Of a stretch of 24,491 bases of DNA, positions 1 to 8,113 are shown in pieces. A model generated the notes under the pieces. It was given only the letters and a program-made list of their open reading frames with translations, ran no database searches and was not told the DNA's origin. The translations under genes and the position numbers were made by a program. Source of the stretch: a virus (taxonomy: Duplodnaviria; Caudoviricetes); the IMG/VR virus record IMGVR_UViG_3300038393_002693, positions 1-24,491 of that record. The stretch is one strand, 5' to 3'. How positions within the stretch are numbered: position 1 is the stretch's first letter; every line of letters starts with the position of its first letter.

Positions 1-356
1 TGTTTGCGTCTCTTGAGGGTATACTTCCCATCCTTTTTTAGACGGGCACGGAGATGCCGTAGTACGGTGGCGGTGTCCTCCATCTCGGTCAGCCCTAGGA
101 TTTCTCCGCTGGTCAGGCCATTGGGGGCTTCCAGGAGGGCGATGATCACGTCATCGAGCTGTCGCTGGATTTTGTCGAACTGGTGCTGTCTCTCGTCGTT
201 GACTCTCTTGGCCTCCTGGGCTCGCTGGACCATGGAGGCGATCAGCTGTTTCTTATCCTCAGGGATGGTAGATAATTGTGGCGTGAGGACTTGCGGGTTC
301 TCGCTCAGCTCTACGGTTACGACTACGTCTGGAATTACTAGGTCATCCGGTGTCAT
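1..356 (-). CDS. Hypothetical protein, possible coiled coil plus winged-HTH; runs off the left edge
   Basis: Not in the ORF track. Hand translation from the ATG at 356 is open to the edge: MTPDDLVIPDVVVTVELSENPQ...QLDDVIIALLEAPNGLTSGEILGLTEMEDTATVLRHLRARLKKDGKYTLKRRK. The 'LLEAPNGLTSGEI' segment resembles a wHTH. Alternative ATG at 233. Confidence 0.6.
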   Translation of the reverse strand, partial: MTPDDLVIPDVVVTVELSENPQVLTPQLSTIPEDKKQLIASMVQRAQEAKRVNDERQHQFDKIQRQLDDVIIALLEAPNGLTSGEILGLTEMEDTATVLRHLRARLKKDGKYTLKRRK

Positions 357-357
357 T

Positions 358-1239
358 ATGAAGTCCTGCGTGTTCAGCGGTTCCACTGAAAATCTCAACA
401 CTTCCATGAACATCCGCCTGGAGGACGGCCAGGTCGTGGAAGTCTGGATCTCCGATCAATACGCCGATGATGCTACTCCCCGGGCAGTTAGGGAAGCATA
501 CCAGAAGCGGCAGCAGCAGGAAATGCAGAGCAGCGAAAAGTGGCTGCAACTCCAGAAACTCGCCAAGGAGCTTGGCCTGGAGCTACCGATGCCCGGCCAG
601 GCTCCGGCTTCCCCAGCTCCGATCGCCAACCCAACTCCTGCCGCTCCAGTGGCCCAGGCCCTCCCCAAGCGGAATACATTCAACAGCAAGCCAATCCTGG
701 AGAGTAACGACCCTAACGTCAGGGTGGTGGACGGTCGCACAGCAGATACCAAGATGGCCCAAGTCAACATTAATAATACTGCACCATCCCAGCTTGGGGT
801 TGGCGGCTTGAGCAATCAGTACGCTATTCGATCGATCTGCATGGCCTGCAACGGCACTGGCGAAACCCGGGGAGGCCAGCCCTGCCCACGCTGCGAGGGC
901 ACGGGTGGCGACAACGCTAAGGATTTGAAGGATGGCGAAGTAGCTTCAATCGAGCGGGTCAAGGGACGCAATGGCCTGGAGATCGCTATTCCGACCAAGC
1001 GTGTCGGCAAGATGGGGACTACCACTGTGCGGGTCGTCGATAATGGCGGCGACCGCAACCTACAGGATCGCTTCAAGAGCATGGCTCATGCGTCGATGGG
1101 TGGGCAGGCACCAGACTTCCGTAATGGCTACGACGCTCGCTTCGTGCAGTGCGGAATGTGCCACGGTAAGGGCATAACCATGGGCCAGACCTGCCCCAAG
1201 TGCGGTGGTGCTGGGGAATTCCAGCACAGCAATTTCTAA
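358..1239 (+). CDS. Protein with four DnaJ-type CxxCxGxG zinc-finger repeats and no J domain
   Basis: CMACNGTG, CPRCEGTG, CGMCHGKG, CPKCGGAG. The first 118 codons of track ORF 4..1239 are the antisense shadow of the minus-strand gene, so the start is moved to ATG 358. Confidence 0.75.
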   Translation: MKSCVFSGSTENLNTSMNIRLEDGQVVEVWISDQYADDATPRAVREAYQKRQQQEMQSSEKWLQLQKLAKELGLELPMPGQAPASPAPIANPTPAAPVAQALPKRNTFNSKPILESNDPNVRVVDGRTADTKMAQVNINNTAPSQLGVGGLSNQYAIRSICMACNGTGETRGGQPCPRCEGTGGDNAKDLKDGEVASIERVKGRNGLEIAIPTKRVGKMGTTTVRVVDNGGDRNLQDRFKSMAHASMGGQAPDFRNGYDARFVQCGMCHGKGITMGQTCPKCGGAGEFQHSNF

Positions 1240-1445
1240 ATTTGCGGATTATTCTTGCCCAACCCAAAGAACTGGCGGTGCCTGGGCTTGAGCGGTACTG
1301 GAGTGGGCAATACTGTCGGGGACTGGGCAGGAATCCCTGGCCCCTTCTTGCTATTTAGAGTAGACTTCAAGCCGCTCAGACGCATAGCCTTGGCAATCTT
1401 GTTGCCTAGCCCCTTAGCCTTTCCTACACCGTAGGGGTCAGCCAT
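1236..1445 (-). CDS. Small basic hypothetical protein
   Basis: 69 aa, K/P/G-rich. Its ATG overlaps the upstream stop (TAATG coupling at 1445) and its stop overlaps the stop of the convergent gene. Confidence 0.6.
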   Translation of the reverse strand: MADPYGVGKAKGLGNKIAKAMRLSGLKSTLNSKKGPGIPAQSPTVLPTPVPLKPRHRQFFGLGKNNPQI

Positions 1446-2143
1446 TATTGCTCCAGCGGGAAGGCCAGGTTCTCGGGCGTCAGGTGGCCCGTGCCCTCTA
1501 GCTGTCCTCGGACGCTGGCGAACATCTCGGGCGGAAGAGAGTCGGTCACATCATTCCCGTCCTCGTCCCTGATTACGATCATGATAATCAAGGGAGTCGA
1601 TTGGTCCTCTTTGAGGACCTTGCGATACGTGACAGTGAGGGGAAGGTGATACTTGTCTTCCAGGACCACGTGGACCCTGGCGGTGGTGCCGACCTTGCGT
1701 TCCTCTTCGATCTGGATGGGCTTGCTCAGTTCGACGATGGCGGCCAGCTCTGGGTTCCAGCCAGCATCTTTCTCGCTGACTACTTTGCTGTCTTTCTTGA
1801 GACCCTTGTATAATTCCTCTACAATGTCCTGGGCCTTGGCGATCTCCTCGGTGGGGATTCCCATGCCCTGCAGGTCCTTGCGGAACCCTTCGTGGAACTT
1901 GGGGTGATCGATGAAGCGGTAGTCGATGTTCTTCTTGAAGGCCGAGCAGATCCCGTCGTGGTGGATCAGATCGGCGCTCTTGAGGGTGAATTGGTCCAGG
2001 ATGTGCTCGTGGAGGAATTGTAACTCCGAGCCATCGTCGGGCTGCGAGTGGTCCTTGTGGAAGGCCAGCCCGAGCTTGGTCTTGCCGCTCAGGAGCGAGC
2101 CAATAGCCTCCACTAACATGCTTTGGGTCTTGTCCAACGCCAT
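1445..2143 (-). CDS. Hypothetical protein
   Basis: 232 aa ORF with AGGAG SD upstream and typical codon usage; no recognised motif. Confidence 0.8.
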   Translation of the reverse strand: MALDKTQSMLVEAIGSLLSGKTKLGLAFHKDHSQPDDGSELQFLHEHILDQFTLKSADLIHHDGICSAFKKNIDYRFIDHPKFHEGFRKDLQGMGIPTEEIAKAQDIVEELYKGLKKDSKVVSEKDAGWNPELAAIVELSKPIQIEEERKVGTTARVHVVLEDKYHLPLTVTYRKVLKEDQSTPLIIMIVIRDEDGNDVTDSLPPEMFASVRGQLEGTGHLTPENLAFPLEQ

Positions 2144-2155
2144 CGATGATCTCCT

Positions 2156-2167
2156 AGGCTATTTTTG
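2156..2167 (-). promoter_or_regulatory. CAAA-NN-TA class promoter-like motif
   Basis: Minus strand reads CAAAAATAGCCT, directly followed by AGGAG and the ATG at 2143; matches a motif recurring across the window. Confidence 0.5.
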
Positions 2168-2182
2168 CTACCAGTTCCTAGG

Positions 2183-2189
2183 ATAAATA
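2183..2189 (+). promoter_or_regulatory. RTAAATA promoter-like motif (T4 late-type)
   Basis: ATAAATA in the divergent intergenic gap ahead of the recA-containing unit. Confidence 0.5.
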
Positions 2190-2205
2190 CTAATTGAATA
2201 AGACC

Positions 2206-2484
2206 ATGCCAAATAATCAACTTTCCCAGTTCGACCTGGTTGAAATCATTACCGCCAAGAACGTGAAGTGGCTGCATGCTCCGGCAGGATCGCTGCCCAA
2301 GCCGGGCGGTGTCTGGAGCTTCGTTGGTATTGTAGAAAATGAAGCCCTGATCTGCAAGGACGGCATCACCTGCAAGATTCCGCTGGGGGACGTCCGCAAG
2401 GTCGGGGAATACCGATTACCTACTGTGGTCCTAACGGGCAATAACAGGCAAACGAACCAGGAGAAACATGGCAAAGAAAAATGA
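2206..2484 (+). CDS. Hypothetical protein
   Basis: Beta-rich ORF overlapping the recA start; ATG 2206 preferred over TTG 2194. Confidence 0.7.
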   Translation: MPNNQLSQFDLVEIITAKNVKWLHAPAGSLPKPGGVWSFVGIVENEALICKDGITCKIPLGDVRKVGEYRLPTVVLTGNNRQTNQEKHGKEK

Positions 2485-3622
2485 AGTTGCTGCGGCGGCA
2501 GTAAGTGCATACCACCAGGCTCGGCAGAAGGCGATTGCAGCAATCGAGAAGGCCCATGGAAAGGGAGCAATCCAACAGGCGGACGCCCGCCCCAGCATAG
2601 TAACACCGGCCATTAGTACTGGCAACCTTGCCCTCGATCTAGCCTTGGGGGTTCTAGGGGTCCCAGAGGGGAGGATTATTGAGATCTTTGGTCCGGAATC
2701 CTCTGGTAAGACTACCCTCGCCACCCATATCCTGGCCCAGGCCCAGATCAAGTACCCCGATAGGGGCACTGCCCTGGTGGACGCCGAGCACGCTTATGAC
2801 TTGGACTGGGGTAAACGCATCGGCATCAAGCCTGACCGGCTTGACATCTCTCAGCCCGATACGGGGGAGCAGGCTCTGGAGATCTGCCAGACCTTAGTGG
2901 AGTCTGGGGCATATTCGGTGATCGTGGTGGACTCGGTGGCTGCCCTGGTACCGCGAGCTGAAATTGAAGGCGAAATGGGCGATAGCCATGTTGGTCTGCA
3001 GGCTCGCCTTATGAGCCAGGCCATGCGAAAGCTGACGGCGAAGGTCAGCCAGACCAAGACCACCGTGATCTTCATCAACCAAATCCGTGAGAAGATCGGT
3101 GTGATGTTTGGGAATCCTGAGACTACCACGGGCGGTCGTGCCCTCAAGTTCTATTCCTCGGTCCGCCTGGATATCCGGCGGACTGGCTCGGCCAAGGAGG
3201 GGGAAGTCGTAGTGGGCTCCGAGACCCGGGTGAAGGTGGTTAAGAATAAAGTCTCCCCGCCCTTCCGGGAGGCCAAGTTCCGCATCTACTACGGTGACCC
3301 GGTATCGGGTATCGATGAGGCCGGGACCGTCCTGGATATGGCAGTGACGGACAACATCATTGAGAAGAGTGGTGCCTGGTACTCCTACAATGGCACCCGC
3401 CTGGGTCAGGGCCAGGTCCCGGTCACTCGTTTCCTTATCGAGAACCCAGATATACTCGCAGAGGTGCGCAAGCGAGTGATTGCTGCCCGTACCACTGGCG
3501 AGGTCATTGAGGCTGCTTCCAAGCCTATGGTTGCCTCACCCAGTAGTGAGGAGAATGATCTCAACCTTCCTCCTCCGAACGGGGAGGAAGAGGATGCTGA
3601 CAGCGTGCTGGGAGATGCCTAA
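2468..3622 (+). CDS. recA: Recombinase RecA (bacterial-type, phage-encoded)
   Basis: [13 protein letters not shown] Walker [80 protein letters not shown]; acidic tail; GGAG SD. Confidence 0.98.
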   Translation: MAKKNEVAAAAVSAYHQARQKAIAAIEKAHGKGAIQQADARPSIVTPAISTGNLALDLALGVLGVPEGRIIEIFGPESSGKTTLATHILAQAQIKYPDRGTALVDAEHAYDLDWGKRIGIKPDRLDISQPDTGEQALEICQTLVESGAYSVIVVDSVAALVPRAEIEGEMGDSHVGLQARLMSQAMRKLTAKVSQTKTTVIFINQIREKIGVMFGNPETTTGGRALKFYSSVRLDIRRTGSAKEGEVVVGSETRVKVVKNKVSPPFREAKFRIYYGDPVSGIDEAGTVLDMAVTDNIIEKSGAWYSYNGTRLGQGQVPVTRFLIENPDILAEVRKRVIAARTTGEVIEAASKPMVASPSSEENDLNLPPPNGEEEDADSVLGDA

Positions 3623-3640
3623 CCCTGATCCGAATTGGCT

Positions 3641-3677
3641 AGCGGCCCCGGGAGCGATTCCGGGGCCGCTTTCCTTT
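3641..3677 (+). terminator. Intrinsic terminator after recA
   Basis: AGCGGCCCCGGGA-GCGA-TTCCGGGGCCGCT stem with GNRA loop, followed by TTCCTTT. Confidence 0.85.
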
Positions 3678-3689
3678 CAAACCTATAAT
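3678..3689 (+). promoter_or_regulatory. CAAA-NN-TA class promoter-like motif
   Basis: CAAACCTATAAT right after the terminator, 1 nt before ATG 3691, no SD. Confidence 0.55.
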
Positions 3690-3690
3690 C

Positions 3691-3882
3691 ATGGCTGAGA
3701 AAATCAAGAGCGGCGGTGGCCCACGCATCTGGAAACTCAAGTCCCTCGATGAAATTACCCGCCTGCCCCAGCAGATCCAGAACGTGGTCAAGTGCCGCTG
3801 CGGAGAGATCTTCGCCTACGCCGGGACCGAACAATACCGTCCGCCCTGTCCCCGCTGCCAAGCCCACCCAGACAAGAAATGA
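3691..3882 (+). CDS. Small zinc-ribbon protein
   Basis: 63 aa with CRCG...CPRC pairs. Confidence 0.7.
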   Translation: MAEKIKSGGGPRIWKLKSLDEITRLPQQIQNVVKCRCGEIFAYAGTEQYRPPCPRCQAHPDKK

Positions 3883-3889
3883 TGCGGTC

Positions 3890-3901
3890 CAAACATAGAG
3901 T
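3890..3901 (+). promoter_or_regulatory. CAAA-NN-TA class promoter-like motif
   Basis: CAAACATAGAGT immediately before ATG 3902, no SD. Confidence 0.5.
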
Positions 3902-4231
3902 ATGGCCGCACCAAAGTATAATGTAGACGACGTAGTGTACCTGGCAGAGTCCGCCAAGATTGGGGCACTGGAATCCTACCAGATTACTGCTCAATACCGT
4001 GACGGTAGCGGGGTCTGGGTCTACCGTATTGGTGTTCCAGATCGCCTGCCCAATTCTCCCACCGTAGGGGACCGCAATAATCTCAAGCGGACGTTCGACT
4101 TCAACATGACAGAGGACGAATTCTGCAGCTTCTGCGAGGCCCTGGCCCTGGCCGAGAGTTATTTGCAGAGGGAGCTGGCGCGAATACAAAGCCTGAAGAC
4201 GACGTATTGTAATGGTGGTACCAGCTCCTAA
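3902..4231 (+). CDS. Hypothetical protein
   Basis: 109 aa with an SH3-like start (KYNVDDVVYL) and a helical C-terminus; fills the gap to the helicase. Confidence 0.75.
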   Translation: MAAPKYNVDDVVYLAESAKIGALESYQITAQYRDGSGVWVYRIGVPDRLPNSPTVGDRNNLKRTFDFNMTEDEFCSFCEALALAESYLQRELARIQSLKTTYCNGGTSS

Positions 4232-4234
4232 GTT

Positions 4235-5614
4235 ATGATCAAGGCCCTCGAACAAGCCGAACAGGAAGAACTCCAGGAGAAGTCTACGCCCTTCGGCCAG
4301 TACGAGGAAGAGGCCATCGTAGCGCTGATCCTGGACCACCCAGAGTTCTTCGTCAATATCGTCAAGCACCTGCACTACAGCCTATTCAAACGGCCAGAAG
4401 TCCAGTACGTCATCGCCTGCATCCTGGAGTACCACGAGAAGTACGAGGACTTCCCCACCCGCCCGATGCTGCGGGACGTGGTAGCCAAGAAGCTGACGGT
4501 GGACGAGCCCTATTACGAGGAAGTGCTCGACATAGTCAAGCGTCCTTCCAACCCCCGCGACATTCCAGCCCTCAAGGACAACCTGACGCAATGGGCTCGC
4601 CGCCAGGTTTACGCCAAGCTCTGGGAAGACCCCGAGACCCTTGAGCGGTATAAGGCCGGGGACTACCAGTACATCGACAAGATCATCGATGACGCCAACC
4701 AAGTGGCCGCCACCAAGCGGGAGGCCCTGTGGTTGTTCGACGAGTTGGACAAGCTCTTCATCCAGGAGGAGAAGGAGAAGTTCACCACCGGCATCTTCCA
4801 GCTTGACAAGTGCCTGGACGGGGGTCGGGGTCCGGGCCGCAAGGAAGTGGTCCTGTGGATGGCTCCAACCGGGGTGGGCAAGTCGATTAAGTTGATCAAT
4901 GATGCGGTAGCTAATTCCAAGATTGGCAAGAACGTCCTGTTCATTACCCTGGAGCTGTCGGTCCTGCGTACCGCCATCCGTGCACTGGGGGCGATGAGCA
5001 ATAAGCCGATCACCTCCGACGTGCTCTACTCCAAGGAGGACGAACTCAAGGCATTCGCCCAACAATTCAAGGCCAGCGGGGCTGGCGACATTGCCTTTTA
5101 CGAGTTCCCGCCCGACCAGATCAGCGTTAGCGACATCTATTCTCTGGTCGAAGATCTCAAGCGTTCCCGGGGCTGGGTCCCCGATGTGATCATCATCGAC
5201 TATCTGGAGCTGATGGTCAGCAGGCGTGAGTCGGACAACAAGGATGATTATACCCGCCAAAAGGCGGTGGCCACCCAGGTCCGTGGCGTGGCACAGACCC
5301 TCAACGTCCTGGTCTTCTCCGCTACCCAGACCAACCGCTCGGGCAACGAGCAGGCGGCTGATGGGGCCGGGCCTAAGAACATTGATGTGACCAAGGTTTC
5401 AGAATCCTACGGGAAGTTGATGCCGATCGATTATTTGATCAGTATCAACCAGACGCAGGAAGAGTATAACGAACAATTTGAGCCCAGTCACTTAGGGGTT
5501 GGGCGGGCACGCCTGTTCATTGCCAAGAACCGCAACGGCGTGAAGTTTGAGAGCATCGAGGTCACCATCAACTACAAGAGTATGATGGTTCGGGAAGTGA
5601 TTAAATCCTCGTAA
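4235..5614 (+). CDS. Replicative DNA helicase, SF4 (DnaB / T4 gp41-like)
   Basis: Walker A APTGVGKS, VLFITLEL, Walker B VIIIDYLELM, FSATQTNR, AKNRNG arginine finger. Confidence 0.93.
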   Translation: MIKALEQAEQEELQEKSTPFGQYEEEAIVALILDHPEFFVNIVKHLHYSLFKRPEVQYVIACILEYHEKYEDFPTRPMLRDVVAKKLTVDEPYYEEVLDIVKRPSNPRDIPALKDNLTQWARRQVYAKLWEDPETLERYKAGDYQYIDKIIDDANQVAATKREALWLFDELDKLFIQEEKEKFTTGIFQLDKCLDGGRGPGRKEVVLWMAPTGVGKSIKLINDAVANSKIGKNVLFITLELSVLRTAIRALGAMSNKPITSDVLYSKEDELKAFAQQFKASGAGDIAFYEFPPDQISVSDIYSLVEDLKRSRGWVPDVIIIDYLELMVSRRESDNKDDYTRQKAVATQVRGVAQTLNVLVFSATQTNRSGNEQAADGAGPKNIDVTKVSESYGKLMPIDYLISINQTQEEYNEQFEPSHLGVGRARLFIAKNRNGVKFESIEVTINYKSMMVREVIKSS

Positions 5615-5618
5615 ATAG
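5594..5618 (+). repeat. 25-bp direct repeat, copy 1 (helicase 3' end plus GTAAATA)
   Basis: GAAGTGATTAAATCCTCGTAAATAG; 23/25 identical to 5953..5977. Confidence 0.85.
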
Positions 5619-5672
5619 GCATTAACGCTGTTGGTAAGCGGCGACCACTCAAACGAAAGGTAGGAAAGGCAG

Positions 5673-5954
5673 ATGGGTGAATTGGTATTAATGCAGCTGG
5701 TGGTCGCGGCACTCGTGATTATAATTATCGTGCTCACGATCTGGGCCATTCGTGAGCGCAGTCTCCGCAATAGCCTCGACCGATCCTTAAGTGAACGTGT
5801 AAAGGAACACTGGGACGACCGAAAGAAATGGGACAAGCAGGTCCTGGATCTCCAGCGCGAAAACCAGGCGCTCCAGCGGCAGGCGATGTTCTGGCTGGCG
5901 GAGGCGAAAAACTTCGGGTGCCAGATTCCCTCCGGGGGCGAAATCACGCTGTGA
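5673..5954 (+). CDS. Small membrane protein (N-terminal TM helix plus coiled coil)
   Basis: LVVAALVIIIIVLTIWAI hydrophobic helix followed by a heptad-like charged segment; purine-rich SD region. Confidence 0.75.
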   Translation: MGELVLMQLVVAALVIIIIVLTIWAIRERSLRNSLDRSLSERVKEHWDDRKKWDKQVLDLQRENQALQRQAMFWLAEAKNFGCQIPSGGEITL

Positions 5955-5977
5955 AGTGATCAAATCCGCGTAAATAG
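5953..5977 (+). repeat. 25-bp direct repeat, copy 2 (contains GTAAATA, 5 nt before the deaminase ATG)
   Basis: GAAGTGATCAAATCCGCGTAAATAG. Confidence 0.85.
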
Positions 5978-5981
5978 CGGC

Positions 5982-6776
5982 ATGATTGAAGAACTCGCCC
6001 TGCCGGCCTATCCCGAGGAATGGATTGCCGATTTTCCCATCCCTACCTGGGAATGCCACTTCATGAGCCGTGTGTTCTCGGCGGCCATGCGTTCTCCCGA
6101 CGAGCAGACCAAACAGGGTGCGGTGATCGTGGACTGGGACACCAAGGTGCCCATTGGGGATGGTTATAACGGACATGTCCGCCACGCCAAGACCAAGCTG
6201 GCGACCATGCGGGCAGGCTCGGCTAAGAAGCGGTTCCTGGGGGATGATGGCAAGCTCTATCGCCGGGGCATGACTGTTCCAGAGGGAGTAATGGCGGTGA
6301 TGATTTATCCCCGCCTACAAGACATCGAGCAGCCGGGGGACGATCTATTTAACCTGGACTTGGACGGCGAGTATCTTACCCGGGGAGTGGATGCTCGGGC
6401 CATGCCCCGCGAGCTGTACGTCCAGGGCAACCCCGACAAGTACAAGGTGATATGTCATTGCGAGACCAATGCCATGCTCAATGGCCGTCTCGCCAGCGAT
6501 AACGCGGTGCTGTTCGTGCCCATGCCATCCTGTGACAATTGTGCTACCTTGATGCTCAACAACCCCTGGGTCAAGATCCGGAGAGTTGTTTACTTCGAGC
6601 CACGCGACTATGCCAAGACACTGTATGAGGCTCGGCCCGACGTGATACTGGAACAATATGACGAGGACAAGTATGGTGATCCGGCCGAGCTGCTGATCCA
6701 GACCGCCCGTTATATCAAGCTCCGTAGAAAACTAGGGCAGAAGTTGTCGGTTGACTCAATCAGGAGCTATCGATGA
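5982..6776 (+). CDS. dCMP deaminase family protein with a large insertion
   Basis: RSPD..TKQGAVIV, GYNG, KY..ICHCETNA (HxE) and PSCDNC (CxxC) zinc ligands, IRRVVY. Confidence 0.88.
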   Translation: MIEELALPAYPEEWIADFPIPTWECHFMSRVFSAAMRSPDEQTKQGAVIVDWDTKVPIGDGYNGHVRHAKTKLATMRAGSAKKRFLGDDGKLYRRGMTVPEGVMAVMIYPRLQDIEQPGDDLFNLDLDGEYLTRGVDARAMPRELYVQGNPDKYKVICHCETNAMLNGRLASDNAVLFVPMPSCDNCATLMLNNPWVKIRRVVYFEPRDYAKTLYEARPDVILEQYDEDKYGDPAELLIQTARYIKLRRKLGQKLSVDSIRSYR

Positions 6777-7159
6777 CCCCATTTCACCCATATCCTTACA
6801 TCAAGCTGGACATCCAGCCCACCGCCCAGGCAACCATTTGGATTGGCCTCAAGAACCGCGATACCGGGGAGGATTACCCGCTAGAGCATCTCAAGCGTGC
6901 CTGCCAACAATACGTGGATGAGTACAAACTGTGCGTCACTGTCACCACCACGCAGTACGTCTACGTTGATGGCGATGAATTAGGTGCCGCAATCGGTCTG
7001 CTCAATTATCCGCGTTTCCCCTCCACTCATTCGCAAATCCGTGATCACGCCTTGCGACTGGCTACGCTGCTTCTGGAGTTGTTCAAGCAGTATAAAGTCT
7101 TGGTGGTGATGGGGACGGAGACGATTATGCTCTCCGATACCCGGAAGGGGATGAAATGA
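6773..7159 (+). CDS. Hypothetical phage protein
   Basis: 128 aa, AGGAG SD, ATGA overlap with the upstream gene. Confidence 0.75.
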   Translation: MTPFHPYPYIKLDIQPTAQATIWIGLKNRDTGEDYPLEHLKRACQQYVDEYKLCVTVTTTQYVYVDGDELGAAIGLLNYPRFPSTHSQIRDHALRLATLLLELFKQYKVLVVMGTETIMLSDTRKGMK

Positions 7160-7356
7160 GCGACTTGCGAGACGGAGAACGGATCCATCACGACCCAGAC
7201 GGGGGAGAATATGTGCTGGATGAAGACGGTAATCGCCGCCCTCCACTGCGTATTTCAAAATCCAGCACCACGAGTGGGTTTACCACTTACGATACCAGTC
7301 AGGGACATTGTGCTCTCTGTGGACGCCTCGACTGCCGGGGCGGGTGCTTTAAGTAG
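7156..7356 (+). CDS. Small Cys-rich hypothetical protein
   Basis: ATGA overlap; C-terminal HCALCGRLDCRGGC cluster. Confidence 0.7.
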   Translation: MSDLRDGERIHHDPDGGEYVLDEDGNRRPPLRISKSSTTSGFTTYDTSQGHCALCGRLDCRGGCFK

Positions 7357-7376
7357 ATAACCCCACGGAGAAATTC

Positions 7377-7724
7377 ATGCAAGCTGCCAAGCTCAAGCGG
7401 ATCGACTGCCTTAACGACTACGTTGCTATCATTGCCGAGAAGGTCTCGGACGTGGTGGACGTGGACAGCACCAAGAACAAGTTCAAATGCGAAGGGGTGA
7501 TCTGCGGCCTTGGAACCGCCATTCCCGAGCACCTTAACCTACAGCTGGGCGAGCGGGTCGTGTTCCGCCAGAACACCTACCAGGTCTTTAAGACCAGCAC
7601 CGAGGACTATAAGGGCAAGGAGATTATCCTGGTCCGTACCGCCGACTTCATCGCCAAGGTTGGCCGGTCCGAGGATTACGAGTTCTACGCCGACAAGGCC
7701 CACACCCAGGCTGTAACCAAGTAA
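7377..7724 (+). CDS. GroES/Cpn10-like co-chaperonin
   Basis: CLNDYVAI (cf. PLxDRVLV), EGVICGLG (cf. GxVxAVG), LQLGERVVF (cf. VKVGDxVLF), YKGKEIILVRTADFIAKV; GGAG SD. Confidence 0.8.
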   Translation: MQAAKLKRIDCLNDYVAIIAEKVSDVVDVDSTKNKFKCEGVICGLGTAIPEHLNLQLGERVVFRQNTYQVFKTSTEDYKGKEIILVRTADFIAKVGRSEDYEFYADKAHTQAVTK

Positions 7725-7728
7725 GGCC

Positions 7729-8112
7729 ATGCTCCACGTTTATACCTGTAGCACGTGCATGACCAAGGAGGCTGGACGCCCCCTTACCGAGCTGACCATT
7801 CCTCAATGGGAGGAGCTGGTAGGCAAGATGGCGTTCCAGGTAGAACGGTCCATCAAGGATCGCTCGCCCGTCTCCTGCCCATGTTGCGGCGGCACCGATA
7901 CCAACAAGGTGCACCAGCTGGCCACCACTTATGTGCGAGGCTACGGGTATGTGGATAAGACCGGGATGAAGAACGCCTCCAATCTTCACACCATGGTCTC
8001 GGGTGCCGATCCCTACGCCGAGCACCGCAAGCCCGGCGATGCCAGGGACTTAGCTGGCAGACTCCGGAAGAAGACAGTATACGACCCGCACCGCAGCAAC
8101 GTATTCCTGTGA
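7729..8112 (+). CDS. FmdB-like zinc-ribbon protein
   Basis: MLHVYTCSTC...CPCCGG...KV pattern, with a longer spacer than usual. Confidence 0.7.
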   Translation: MLHVYTCSTCMTKEAGRPLTELTIPQWEELVGKMAFQVERSIKDRSPVSCPCCGGTDTNKVHQLATTYVRGYGYVDKTGMKNASNLHTMVSGADPYAEHRKPGDARDLAGRLRKKTVYDPHRSNVFL

Positions 8113-8113
8113 C

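Noticed and set aside
4-357. N-terminal 118 aa of track ORF 4..1239
   Set aside because: Ser/Arg-rich antisense shadow of a more plausible minus-strand gene.
2468-3622. Cellular chromosome origin based on recA
   Set aside because: Neighbours are gp32-, UvsY- and gp41-like genes and dense hypotheticals; no housekeeping context.
4382-5260. 292-aa minus-strand ORF
   Set aside because: Lies wholly opposite the helicase; open frame explained by codon bias.
5673-5954. Holin or spanin call
   Set aside because: Only a TM helix and coiled coil; no endolysin or lipoprotein partner nearby.
6213-6431. Intein in the deaminase insertion
   Set aside because: No Cys/Ser-initiated block A, no terminal HN followed by C/S/T, and too short.
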